Assembly (NCBI GenBank): GCA_002269645.1
Contig: NIVC01002867.1
Coordinates: 69,938 to 133,937, forward strand
DNA length: 64,000 nucleotides
Reading direction: 5' to 3'
Source of the DNA: Macrostomum lignano
Lineage: Eukaryota
The notes under the pieces are model-generated. The model did no database searches and was not told where the DNA came from. It was given only the letters and a program-made list of their open reading frames with translations. Shown in pieces: positions 1-58,444 of this stretch. Within the stretch, counting starts at the first letter, position 1; each line of letters begins with the position of its first letter. A program made the translations under genes and the position numbers.

Positions 1-1394
1 GAAGGAGATTATTAAATTATTTAATATATTTGAATATGTAATTAGATTTGAAGCAAACGCAAACAAATTGTGTATAAATGAATAATAATATAATATTTTT
101 GACTGCACTATTTGCTGCTAATGCATGAGAGACACTTATTTCTAATTATATAGAGCTATTTACAATGCTCACGCGCGCCGGGACATTTCAGGGATTAGGC
201 GTGGGAGCCCTCTGACAACTACAACAGTCAATGGGCCCAAGAGCAGCAAAAGCCGAATGCCTGACCGCCAAGCTCTGGAGAAGCAGCAATATAATAATTA
301 ATTAATAACTGACCAACGCGAAACTTCTGCCAGACGAAATTCTTATACAAAGGCATACTCTGTACAGGCGGCGCACGGGCGCCGAACTCTGCGCGATGCC
401 GGCGTGCAAGCAAACAAGAAAACAAACAACAAAGGGCGATTACTGGAAAGAGTACATGCTGTATAGACTACTGCCACTGTCAGTAAGTAGGCAGGTAGGG
501 ATTTTTTGGTTAGAAGGAATCTCGCAAAGATAATTAGCAGCTAACGGTAGGAAAATTATCGTACGTAAAACAAGAATAGTCTACTTTAATTAATCATTTG
601 TTTAATCAGACCGCCTGGTATAGCACCTGGGATAAATTAAATATTTATTGGGCCGGCTGCTATAGTAAGTATTAGAGTGAAAATAGTTGTAAAACAATAA
701 AGTACATTCAATAAGCGCAGATAGACGGATATAAACACAGGGGTGGGTTGAGGCGATATAAATATAAAAACATAAGTCTGTCTTGTCTTAATCTAATGCA
801 CCAATCTTGCTGCCGGAGAGCCAAGTCACGGTGGGGAGGGGTTAGCGGTTCAGAGATATTACTACTAAATAGTATTATTTTATTGACAAACGATAAATTA
901 AAGCAAAACAGTGGGCCACAATGGCACAGGAAAGCAAATTTATTTTTTTGCAAAAACAAAAAAGCATGACTGAATGAATGGATGAGGAGAGGCGTGACTG
1001 CGGATTACCAATAAACAAGCGCAGATGTTACAGTTAGATTACATAGCTGCACGGAGGACTTGGATGTCCCAGTTATTTTTTTCTAACTCTCAAATTCCTA
1101 CTTTTTTACTAACAGTAGCTTACTTAGCGGGTAACAAGAATTTTCTGTAACGGAAAAACAACCAAAAACACAACAATTTGACAGGAATGAAACAATCAAA
1201 CAGAGAAGTAAAAGGAGCATAGTGAACTCACTGACGCGCCTACTAGCGTGTGAAATTTCTGCAATTTCTTCTTTATTAATCAATCGGCTCTTTGTTAGTT
1301 TTTAAAGTGTTAATTTTTACACACGCTAGAAAGCCGCAGAGATATCCAGCTCTCCTAGAGAAAGTCCAGTCCAGCAGACATAAAACTGATTAGG

Positions 1395-36601
<35,207 letters not shown>

Positions 36602-37408
36602 TTCAATTCTTTTGAGAATTATCAAGTCGATATTTTGCTCGAATAGAGGGCGAAACAAAACCAGGGCCAAAAAGGGGGAAGGGCTAAAGGGCCATGAGAT
36701 GGTCGATCACCCCTTTGACCACTTAAGCAACATTTGCTCTTAGCTGCAATGCAATAGTTTGTATCCAATGAGCAATACGTTTGGCATCAAAAAATTATTG
36801 TGGCGTTTAATATTTATCTTGTACCATTTTAGGAGTGTTGTATTTAAGATTTTATAAACTAGTTTTTATTGTTTACCATTGATTCAAAGCAACTACCTGA
36901 TGTACAGAAGCCATATCTTAAGTAAGGGGTTGGCAAAATTTTTACACTAAAGGGCCAGATAGAGAACCTAGCGAATGACTGCGGGCTAGAGGGGAGAGGA
37001 GAGTGTCGAAGGGAATAGAGAAGAGAGATAGGAGAATGGAGGTGAGGGAATAAGGGAGAGGAGAGACAGAATAGGACAGGAAAGAGAAGATGATATGAAA
37101 TGAGATGAGAGGAGTGGAGAGGAGCGAAAAGGAGCTGAAGAGATGAATGGAGTGGAGGGGAGATGAGAAAAGGGAGGAAGGAGTACAAAGTGCAAGTTTT
37201 TCTATGCCTCGCCTAGATTGCATTTTTTAAATTGCATTATTTTATCTATGATATTCTATTAGTAAGTTGCTAATAGCAAATGCTTTTAAATCATTTTACA
37301 AAATCAATGTATACATTTTTAAGCATATCAAACTTTTTTAGCTTATTTAGAATTTTCTTTGTTTTAATAAATAGTTTAGAAAATTTATTGAATCTTTACA
37401 AGTATTGG

Positions 37409-39529
37409 CATACATGCGCAACTTCTGAAATTACGCTGGCCGTGCGACTTAGTTTTCGATCAAAAATGCGACTTACCTATGTAAGAAAGCTAAACAAAGA
37501 ATTGTGGGTAAACGGCAGGAGTAACTTTGACCATATTTTAAGGGCTAAATGCCTCGCCAGCTAATTAGTGCAGATTTCGCGGTTTTTATTACAGCTAATC
37601 AGTATATCATAGTGGCGGCCTGAGGCAATTAGTAATGATGACAATGAGTAAAGACATGTAAAGACAAAAGTCATGATTCATGAATGTCTAGAAGTAAGTG
37701 AAGTGAATACAGTGTGGCCTATAGCTCAAGAATAATTTCACTTGCTAGACGATTTGGCATGGAAGATGAGAGCCCTGATTCAGATGGCTCATCAGATGCA
37801 GAATACAAATCCAGTAGAGATACAAGCTGTGAAAACCCACAGATTTTGAAACCACTGAATTCTAATTCCCGGAACTATTTTGCATAGATTCTTAAATTTG
37901 AAGTCATGCTCAAACAAAAACTTGTTAACAGTTAGGAAAAAGGCAAACAAGGATGGGAGTAAATGCATGTTAAATTAAGATTTGAGGCCTTTGCAAATTC
38001 TCTCCTTTCCTCAATCTTCTCATCCTCTTTTTATTTTCTCTCTCATCCCTCATCCCTTCTCTCTTTCCTCTCCTCTCTTTCTTCCTCTCTTATCTCTTCT
38101 GTCTCCTGTCTACATTCTTATCTCTCCTCTCGTCTCTCTCCACTTCACTCTACTCTCTCATCTTATCTCTCCTCTCGTCTCTCTCCACTCAACTCTCTCA
38201 TCTCATCTCTCCTCTCTTCTCTACTCTCTTATCTCTCCTCTCTTCACTCTCCTCTTATCTCCTCCTTATCCTCTCTTCTCTCGTCTACTCTCTTATCTCC
38301 TTTCTTCTCTCCTCTTTCCTCTTTCCTCTCTTTTCTGATCTCATCCATCATCATATCTTTCCTCTTTCCTCTCATCTCTCTCATCTCTCTCCTCCCTCAG
38401 CTTTTCTCTCATCTATCTTTTCTCCCATTGCATCGCTCGCCTCTCCTCTGTTTGCTTATCTCCAATCTTCTATTCCCTCTACTTTGAAGTAAGAAAATAT
38501 GCACACATTTTTGCTGAAGATAAGAGGAGAGAAGAGGGCATTGAGGAGAAAGGGTAGAGAGAAAAGGGGAGAAAGGAGAGGGAGAAGAGAGGAGAGTAAA
38601 AAGGAAAGGAGAGAGAAGAGGGAAAAGGGGGAGAGAGATAAGAGGGGAGGCAAGGTAGAGAAGAAGAGAGAGATGAGAGTTGAAGAGACACCAACCTTGC
38701 TAGTTAGAAAGTTTCAAAGAACCCGAGGGGCGAGGGCCAGATAGAGGGGCTTCGCGAGCTGGACTTTGCTGACCCCTGCTCCGGAGTTAAAGAAATCAAT
38801 GGGAAACTGTTGACATAGGCTGCTGATTTCAAAGATCTTGTCTGTGGTTGAAGGCTTCTATTCTGTTTTTTTGCTCCCCTGCCACACTTGCACCTACTAC
38901 CCCTTGATCGCCTCTGATTGCGACTTACTTCCCTCTTATTGCGACTTAGTTGCTCCTTTTGCGACTTACCTAATCCTTTTGCGACTTACCTAATCCTTTT
39001 GCGACTTACCTAACCCTTTTGCGACTTACCTAATCCTTTTGCGACTTACCTAATCCTTTTGCGACTTACCTAATCCTTTTTGCGACTTACCTAATCCTTT
39101 TTGCGACTTACCTAATCCTTTTGCGACTTGACCTAATCCTTTTTGCGACTTAGTTGCTCCTTTTGCGTCTTACCTAATCTTTTTGCGACTTACCTAATCT
39201 TTTTGCGACTTGACCTAATCCTTTTTGCGACTTAGTTGCTCCTTTTGCGACTTACCTAATCCTTTTGCGACTTACCTAATCCTTTTTGCGACTTACCTAA
39301 CCCTTTTGCGACTTACCTAATCCTTTTGCGACTTACCTAATCATTTGTGCAACTTAATTTGCTTCTGCTGCAACTTGTTTTTCTTTTGCTTCACCATTTT
39401 ACTTCCCTATATTGCTCTTTCCTCTTGCATTTTTTCATTTTTGGTCAACTCAATTTTGCGACTTACCCTGGTCCACCACAATTTACGGTGGCCAGATCGG
39501 CCAGCTCGGCCAGCAGTTGCGCATGTATG
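37409..39529. mobile_element. Non-autonomous hAT-type element, 2,121 bp
   Basis: Perfect 15-bp TIR CATACATGCGCAACT (37409-37423 / 39515-39529) and perfect 8-bp TSD AGTATTGG (37401-37408, 39530-39537); subterminal GCGACTTA(C) motifs at both ends. Confidence 0.88.
38940..39345. repeat. 20-bp subterminal repeat array of the hAT element
   Basis: TTTTGCGACTTACCTAATCC x about 20. Confidence 0.92.
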
Positions 39530-40639
39530 AGTATTGGCTTTCAAAGAAAACCTTCAAATAACTTAAAAATCATTATATTTATTAAGTTTATTATAAAGTA
39601 AATTTTTGTTTAAAATAATTGCCTATAAAGATCACAAAATAGGGAAATCTAATCTTTTAACAAAAATATCTACTGGTAATTAATTTTTTAAAATAAAATA
39701 TATTCTAGGTGTTTAGCCATTAGGTTAAATAAAACTCTTAGACATGAACAATGCATAGTCTCTATATCACCTATTTAATAGATGGTTATCTAGCATATCC
39801 TAGCAAAACAAATAGGTAAAGGTAAAGGGCAAACAGAAAATATATAGGCTTGTACTACTAAGCATATATGCTTATTATATACATTTACTATATATATCAA
39901 GTATATATCAATATGATAAGGTTTAAATCTAAAAGCTTCAATTGTAAAATAAAAATAATTTAAGAATAATTTTAATTATAAGATATATTATATTTGCCTA
40001 GGTTTTTATATGCAGAAAATATATATGCACCTTAAATTTTGAAATCATACCCTGAAAGTGTAAAGTAGATACTGTTGCAAAACCTATTTTATAACCTATA
40101 ACAAATACTAATGACAATGTCTCATAACCTTTTTTCTTTTTAAGCCACATTTGCAATGCCTTAAAATAAGAAGAAAAAAAGAAATTGCACTCTGAGCCTT
40201 GAAATTGGGTATAAGATACAAATTTGTACATTGTCTCTAGCACAAAAACCTAGTACCCCTTTTCCTATACTAGACTAGGTCCTATGTAAGACTATGCTAG
40301 TGCACCATTAGCGTAGTCTTTAGACAACATGTAGGCCTACACTAGAATTTCTCAGCATACAAGGGTACTTGCCATTTTTAACATAGATCAGCAATCGCAT
40401 ATATCCTAACATATATAACACAATAGAAACATTGTGTCAATCACACATTTTTTAGATCCAGTGTGTTAGACCCAGTATATATACTAATATACAATCCAAA
40501 CTATGGGATTTTTAACAAACTTAACTAGATTACAACTAAGTAAAGTAACTAGCTATATGCATACTATCAGTTTAATTACTATAAAAAACTTGGTGCAACA
40601 TAAAAAACTAAACTATCCAAAAAGGCAGTTCAATGGTCT

Positions 40640-40960
40640 TAAGCTTGCATTGCTAGTCTTGTGCCTCTAGGCAATACAATTTGGCAGCTCTCATATGCTG
40701 CGACATTCTCAAGGCAACTTCAATCTGATCTAGAATGTTCAATAGCTTTAGAGAAATGACACATTTGGCAACAAGTCACTGATTGGCAAGATTCTCTACT
40801 ATAAGGCTTTTATTGATCAAAAAGCCATTTTCTACTTTAACTTGGCCATGAGAGAAAGTCAAAATGAGCTGAACAACATGTTATAGCTCTTTGAAATCCC
40901 TATTGGAATAAGTAGACAAAAGGTATCTGACCATCTGTTACAATTTTGGAATTTTCTAGT
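40640..40960 (-). pseudogene. Highly decayed DNA-transposase C-terminal fragment (hAT-like E-x-x-F context)
   Basis: Minus-strand frame reads ..DFKEL*HVVQLILTFSHGQVKVENGFLINKSLIVENL..LVAK, resembling the recalled motif LSHGQASVERGFSINK; several stops. Family assignment is tentative. Confidence 0.5.
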
Positions 40961-43153
40961 GTTGCATACAAATGAGGTCTTGTCATTTTTTCTGGCATTA
41001 AACCCAATGTATACTAATACATAAGCTAAACTATTGACTATACATAGTGCAATATTGTTGCTTAGCAAAATTGGCATTGTCATGTTTAAGCCAAAATTAG
41101 ATAGCAACTTGACAAGCAAATAGGAGTATATATCATATGTCCTTATGTCACTCTGGAATAAAAGTAGAGACTACACTAGTAGCCTTGGCAATAGGCTATG
41201 CTAGAAGAGACTTCTAAACCAGCTTTTTGTACATTTCTAATAGAAACTTGCAAGATGTTATATGGGTTATTCCATGATAGGGTCATCAAAGGTATAGAAA
41301 TTTTTTTAAAAATTATTTGCAAATGTGAATATTTTATTTTGCATATAATTATGTATAGTTTCATTTTTATGTAGTTTCATACACATTTATCTACCTCTAG
41401 GTATATATATTTTGTTTTGATCATGGTACCCTTGCAAGATTTTAAATGTCTTGCGGGACATTATAAAAAGTTTAATCTAGTTTTCAATAAGAAAAAAAGT
41501 TAATAAACATAATGCATCAAGTGCATAAATAATAAAAATCTTTCTTTCTTATATCTAAAGACTGAAATTATAAAGTTTTATGATCTAATATAGTTCTATC
41601 TATCATAATTGTTTATTTTAAAAAGTTTGACTTCCCTTTTTTAAGTGTTAAAAACGACCATCATTTTTTTTACAAAAAGTTGTTGTACTAATTTTCAAGA
41701 GGTTTATAAGTTGATAATTTTTTGCTAAAATATTTTCTGAGCCTATATTTAAGTTTATAGTCATTTTTGTTAGTTTATGATAAGTGTAACATGCTAAAAA
41801 AACCCTGCAAAGTTACCTAAGGACCATCATTTTCTGGTATTCTGAAATCTGTTGATCTTCATAAAACCTGAATTACTATCATTTATTCCTAAATTTTATA
41901 CAAAAAACTGAATTTACTGATATTCTAAAATCATGTCTTTTATTAATGTGAATTACTTATTCAATTTCTCTTTCAAAGTTTTTACAGTTTTGATTGTAAA
42001 GAAAAATATAGTGTAATTCAAGTCTTTTATTAAAAATGTATACTGTCAATTACTTGTTTGATACCTTAAAATCATTTTCAACCTGCACTATTAAAAAGGT
42101 TGTTCCAATTACTAACCATGCACCTAGAACTCTCCACTTTAGTTTGCAATGCACCTTAACACATGCCCCAATCTTCAGCATAAGTAGTCTAACTAGACTC
42201 AAGTTTTTACTATCCATTGGTGCTACTGCTTATTGCCTAACAAATAATCTGTATTTGCCTTTGGTTTTGTTAATTGTTATATTCTATTCTTTGAATTCTT
42301 GAATAGATTAGGACTGTCCAATCTTTATGATCATATGTTGAGTTGTGCAATCATGAAGTGATGTTTTTGTTGAAGGTGCATAAGTACGTTTGATCTGAAA
42401 TGTGAAACAGGTACAATAAATTTTATGGTTAGACAAGCAAGTTATGGTTTTTATATGAACAACTATGGATTATAAACAGTCTTTTAACCAAGATTGTATC
42501 TAAAAATAGAGAATCCTAATACACTTTTAAAAACTGAAGGTCGTTTTTTTTTAAAACCGTCAGTCAATGACCGTCATTTAAGAAAAAATGTGCAACACAG
42601 TTAAAGTTTTCTACTAAAATGTAATAATTGTTTGCAACCATTCATCTAGCTATTGTTTACTACAATTAATGATCAATTGAGACAAAAAATTGCCTGATTC
42701 GCAGGAATCTTAAACTTGAAAGTTAAGAATGAAAGTTATAAAGTTGGATACATAAACTTTCACCAAAAACGACCGTCACCGAAAGTTTCTCTCTGCTAAA
42801 TCAACACAGTAAGACAAATGACTTTAAAATGTATCTCATCTCAATCTAGAGGTCACACCCATAAATATAGAACTCACAAAGTCTCAATTTAGTTTGTCTT
42901 TTGTATGATTACTGATTATTATTTGCTCCAACCCAACGACCGTCATCTCATAGAATTACCAATATGAAAGCCTAAAAATTTTTCATTTGTTTGAGGTGTT
43001 AGAAGCTAAGGCCTAATTAAGTCACTTAATAGTAAGCTTTAGCCTAAGAAGCTAATCCAAAATTGAAACTTTCCTTTTGAACTCCTTGGCCATTGACATT
43101 AATATGGACATAGCAAATTAGTGATAGTATGACATTTTTCATGACCTTGGAAT

Positions 43154-43554
43154 ACTTTTTAAACTTTGTCCGACTTGGAATATTCTAACCATTATTCCAA
43201 CTCATAATGCGGTTAAATTACCAGTTGGAATAATGGTCAGAATATTCCGACAGATTATTAAATATAATTGCAAGGCATTTTTAAAAGGCCAGAAAGACAG
43301 TCATATCAATTGATAAATTCTGACTCAATTGCCTGTATTTAATAATTTGTTAAATAATTTGTAATAATAAGTTGGTATAAACTATAAACGTTAGAATGAT
43401 ATTTAGATTTTAGACTCTTGCAATGAATTTAATAGGCCTAATCAGTCAGAATAAGAGTGGGAATATTCTGACCATTATTCCAACTCATAATTTAACTGCA
43501 TTATGAGTCGGAATAACAGTCAGAATATTCTGGGTTGGACAAAGTTTAAAAGGT
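43154..43554. mobile_element. 401-bp MITE with about 95-bp TIRs and 9-bp TSD (Mutator/foldback-like)
   Basis: TSD CCTTGGAAT at 43145-43153 and 43555-43563; arms 43154-43251 and 43457-43554 are inverted copies; each arm is itself palindromic (GAATATTC..ATTATTCC..CTCATAA / TTATGAG..GGAATAA..GAATATTC). Confidence 0.85.
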
Positions 43555-44709
43555 CCTTGGAATCTACAAAAAAGCACTTATGTCTTAGGTACAAAGTACC
43601 TTCAAATATTTCAACTTCAACAAATTAATTAAAAAGGCTTCTTTAAAAATATAAATGACTTTAAAAGTGAGGAGATAGTCCCTGAAAATATGGAGAATAG
43701 GTCTAAGCCCTAAGGAGACAAAGTCTAATCCAAAATAAGGAGAATAAAGATTGTCAACACTTTAAAATTAAGAAAGGCTAGGCCTAGCCTAAGCAATTAA
43801 ATTGTCATGGCATAGGTCTAGCTTGGTCTAGTAGTGTAGTAGTGCTGTAGTAGACTGTCATAAAGCAATTATAAGGCTAGGCCTAGGCCCTACACTGTAC
43901 ACTACTGACATAAGCCATAGCTACAGCCTACATGGGAGCATGAGGCAGTTGCTGGTAGACCAGGCCTACCTAGTTTACTACATTTTCATTCTCAAATCAT
44001 ACACGATTTTTAGTCCTAGTAGACCTAGTCACCTAGTCTAGTTCAGTTTCATCATATCAATATCATGCATAGGCTGGCTACTAACTGGTCCGATTCATTT
44101 TAGAAAGTCAGACAGAATGAAAAACGCCTGAAAGTAAAATGCTTAAGACCTATTTAATTTACGAAATGTACGTTATTTTAAAAGTTAAAATAACACAGTA
44201 ATTTGGAATGATTACTGGGGCTATGCTAAAATAATAAAAGCATAAGAAAGAGATACGCGTGGGTCAACATAAGTAAGCATGCTAAGGGAGCTTAGTCATT
44301 TTATTCGATGACTGATTATCCAACAGATCCGATTACTACTTTTATTAAGGCCAGCTTAAAATAGCGCTTTGAATTAAATAGCAATTACGAGTTCGGAAAA
44401 GACTATATCAAACAAAGCTAAATTTATATTCATTTTCTTAGATATACAGAATTTTTAAACGCTATTGAATTAAGATTAGTAATTTTTTCTGCCAACCTTA
44501 TTTAACTGTTTGCAATTTTGTTTTAACCTGTATCTATGCAGTCAACGCTCCGTGTATTTAATTTAGTGAAATTGATATCATTTCCCCATATTTAAAAAAA
44601 TAAGACGTTAAGTACTAGAAATCAAAGTAGCACTACCTTCTGCTGAACCTGTTGTGGGAAATCTTAAATATTTTATAGTTCTTCTACCTTTAGCGGCCAT
44701 TATAATCAT

Positions 44710-54942
<10,233 letters not shown>

Positions 54943-56160
54943 TTTTAGATCAATAGAAAAACTACGGTAGAAAGTGTAGTTTTTTATTTAAGCGACAGGA
55001 ATCGCTAGGTTTAGTTTGTGTTTTCAGACATTTTAGTTCATTTTTTGTTTGTTTTGTTTTTTGTTGGTCATTTTCTGGTTTCCGCATTGACGCCATTGTT
55101 GCACTGCTGACTAACCCTTTGTTGATATTTTAAACAATTTCTATTAATTGAATTTAAATACGATTTGCGCTTACTTAAAGTAGACAACCATGAATATGCT
55201 AACAGTACAGAATTTTTAGCCCTTTTCTTATTGAACTTTCTTTTCGCTGTCTTCTGCTCGTATTTCGCGCAGCTTTTATTCTGTTCGATGCGCTGATGAA
55301 ATGAGAATTTCGTTTTTAGCCATTCTTCTGGGACCGTTGGGAAAGCATCTTTGCTTGGCTTTCTCTTAACCCCAGGAAACGAGCAAAGATAACCTTCCCT
55401 GATGGACCTGCCGCCAACCGACGCTGGTATTACTGTGTACATAGCTTTCTACTCACATCTGGACAGCTCGATTGAGGGGAGAATCTCCCAGAGCGACAAC
55501 AATAACCAGCGGGATCTGTCTTTTTAATTTCTACTTTTTTCTAAGAAAGTCTTTATACACTCATTAGTTTATTAGCTAAGAAATTTTGCGTTATTAGATA
55601 TTTTTTACATACTGGTGCTGAATTTCAACTATTTTTGTTTTTCATGTACGCTAATCCAGTTTTAAATTTGCACGCGTTTTTTGTTTAACACGGCGATTTG
55701 TTATATCATGTAGTTGCTATGTTCTCTTTCGCGGGTCCGTGTGACCGTTGAAATTTCAACTTTAAAAAACACATTTCAAACATTTATATCCATAGTAGCT
55801 ATTTTTTGTTTTATCCGCTTCATTTTTTGTTTTAGTTATTGCTTGGGGCAACCAATTTTTTCATTAGAATGTGTTTGCACCACTGGCAAGGCAGTAAAGT
55901 GCATGCGAATGCGCATTATTTTATTTAGCAGCAATGAGCATTGAACTTTATACACGCTACTGTATTTCCATCTAGATACGAATTAATCTGCTTTGAGAAG
56001 CTTTCTTAGTAAAATATATTCTATGGTAAAAACCAGCACTGATCTGGCAAGCATGTGACTACTGCTAGTAGGAAATCATACATTAGTAGTGTTACGGATT
56101 TTTTTAATTTTAATTGCATGAAACAAATAAATTGGTTACCATGGTACATGAATATAAAAT

Positions 56161-56352
56161 AGGGTGCTTTCACAAGGTCGAAATTTCAAAAGCTTGAAAT
56201 TTCACAGCGGCGAAAACTTAAATAACAAGAACTAAGCAGTAGTTTTCGATGTTGTGAAATTTCGACCTTGTGAAAGTTTAGACCTCGTAAAATATCGATC
56301 TTGTGAAAGAAGGTGCTTTCGACGCTGTGAAATTTCGAGTTTGTGAACCCCC
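56161..56352. mobile_element. Small foldback/MITE-like element built from 16-bp subrepeats
   Basis: Perfect 22-bp inverted repeat 56167-56188 / 56255-56276; three direct TTTCACAAGGTCGAAA-like units on the left and several inverted units on the right. Confidence 0.55.
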
Positions 56353-56369
56353 CCCCCCGGATGGGGAAC

Positions 56370-57825
56370 GTAGAGAAGAGGGGGAGGGGTAGAGAGGAGG
56401 GTAGGGTGGGGAGACGAGGAGGAGAGAGGAGTGGAGAGGTGGGGGAGAGGAGGGGAGAGGAGGGAGCTGTGGGGAGAGGAGGGGAGCTGTGGGGAGAGGA
56501 GGGGAGCTGTGGGGAGAGGAGGGAGCTGTGGGGAGAGGAGGGGAGCTGTGGGGAGAGGAGGGGAGCTGTGGGGAGAGGAGGGGAGCTGTGGGGCGAGGAG
56601 GGGAGCTGTGGGGAGAGGAGGGAGCTGTGGAGAGAGGAGGGGAGCTGTGGGGCGAGGAGGGGAGCTGTGGGGAGAGGAGGGAGCTGTGGAGAGAGGAGGG
56701 GAGCTGTGGGGAGAGGAGGGAGCTGTGGAGAGAGGAGGGGAGCTGTGGGGAGAGGAGGGGAGCTGTGGGGAGAGGAGGGAGCTGTGGGGCGAGGAGGGGA
56801 GCTGTGGGGAGAGGAGGGGAGCTGTGGGGAGAGGAGGGGAGCTGTGGGGAGAGGAGGGAGCTGTGGGGCGAGGAGGGGAGCTGTGGGGAGAGGAGGGGAG
56901 CTGTGGGGAGAGGAGGGGAGCTGTGGGGAGAGGAGGGGAGCTGTGGGGAGAGGAGGGGAGCTGTGGGGAGAGGAGGAGAGCTGTGGGGAGAGGAGGGGAG
57001 CTGTGGGGAGAGGAGGGGAGCTGTGGGGAGAGGAGGGAGCTGTGGGGAGAGGAGGGAGCTGTGGGGAGAGGAGGGAGCTGTGGGGAGAGGAGGGAGCTGT
57101 GGGGAGAGGAGGGAGCTGTGGGGAGAGGAGGGAGCTGTGGGGAGAGGAGGGAGCTGTGGGGAGAGGAGGGGAGCTGTGGGGAGAGGAGGGGAGCTGTGGG
57201 GAGAGGAGGGAGCTGTGGGGAGAGGAGGGAGCTGTGGGGAGAGGAGGGGAGAGGTGGGGAGAGGAGGGAGCTGTGGGGAGAGGAGGGGAGCTGTGGGGAG
57301 AGGAGGGAGCTGTGGGGAGAGGAGGGGAGAGGTGGGGAGAGGAGGGAGCTGTGGGGAGAGGAGGGAGCTGTGGGGAGAGGAGGGAGCTGTGGGGAGAGGA
57401 GGGAGAGGTGGGGAGAGGAGGGAGCTGTGGGGAGAGGAGTGGAGAGGTGGGGAGAGGAGGGAGCTGTGGGGAGAGGAGGGGAGAGGTGGGGAGAGGAGGG
57501 AGCTGTGGGGAGAGGAGTGGAGAGGTTGGGAGAGGAGGGAGCTGTGGGGAGAGGAGGGAGCTGTGGGGAGAGGAGGGAGCTGTGGGGAGAGGAGGGAGCT
57601 GTGGGGAGAGGAGGGAGCTGTGGGGAGAGGAGGGAGCTGTGGGGAGAGGAGGGGAGCTGTGGGGAGAGGAGGGGAGCTGTGGGGAGAGGAGGGGAGCTGT
57701 GGGGAGAGGAGGGGAGCTGTGGGGAGAGGAGGGGAGCTGTGGGGAGAGGAGGGGAGCTGTGGGGAGAGGAGGGGAGCTGTGGGGAGAGGAGGGGAGCTGT
57801 GGGAAGAGGAGGGGAGCTGTGGGGT
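56370..57825. repeat. 19-20-bp G-rich minisatellite
   Basis: GGGGAGAGGAGG(G)GAGCTGT x about 75. Confidence 0.97.
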
Positions 57826-58444
57826 AGATATGGTGTTGATAGGAGCGGAAAGCTGAATTTACGGTGTTTGATATGCCAAGTAATAAATCCAGGACCCATT
57901 TAAAAGAAACATAGATAAGTGATGATTTAGACAATTTAATTTTTAGTATATGGATAGCAATAATATACGTAAAAACGGGCAAGAACAATATCATTATATT
58001 ATTTTTAGATAATCCAAACTCTAAAAAATGGATTCGCAACTACTCTGATTTGCACTTGTCGCCTGGGCCTCAGACGCAAAAAAAATCACAAAATTACAGG
58101 TCAAATTATTTGTTTTATTCGGTAAATATCACGAATAGGGCAGATCACTACGCAAGGAATTATTGATATGATGAAGAGAAATCAAAAGTACAAAATTTGT
58201 AATCGCGACAGAAAGAAATCGAAAATGATTTTTTTCAGCACTCTGTGATTGAGAGCTGCTGGTGGCTTCATTCTTGTACTTCACTTCTAAATCGCAGCGG
58301 CAGCCGGAACCTTGAAACAACATCAAGTGTTAAGTTTTGTTGATCGTTAAATTAGCTCAGATGAATTCTAAACAACATTCAAATAAGATCGTTGCGTTTG
58401 AGTAGCTTAAACTGGCTTATAATTTTTCAACTTTGAATTCTCCA

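Noticed and set aside
190-305. Possible terminal exon of an upstream plus-strand gene (IRRGSPLTTTTVNGPKSSKSRMPDRQALEKQQYNN*)
   Set aside because: It is short, has no recognisable motif, and there is no upstream context in the window.
55068-55520. Minus-strand ORF and GTGAGT donor downstream of SPATA18
   Set aside because: No coherent exon chain or protein motif; the implied intron would be only 24 nt; probably SPATA18 3' flank.
56186-58039. Five 450-620-aa ORFs on both strands
   Set aside because: They are artefacts of a stop-free G-rich minisatellite.
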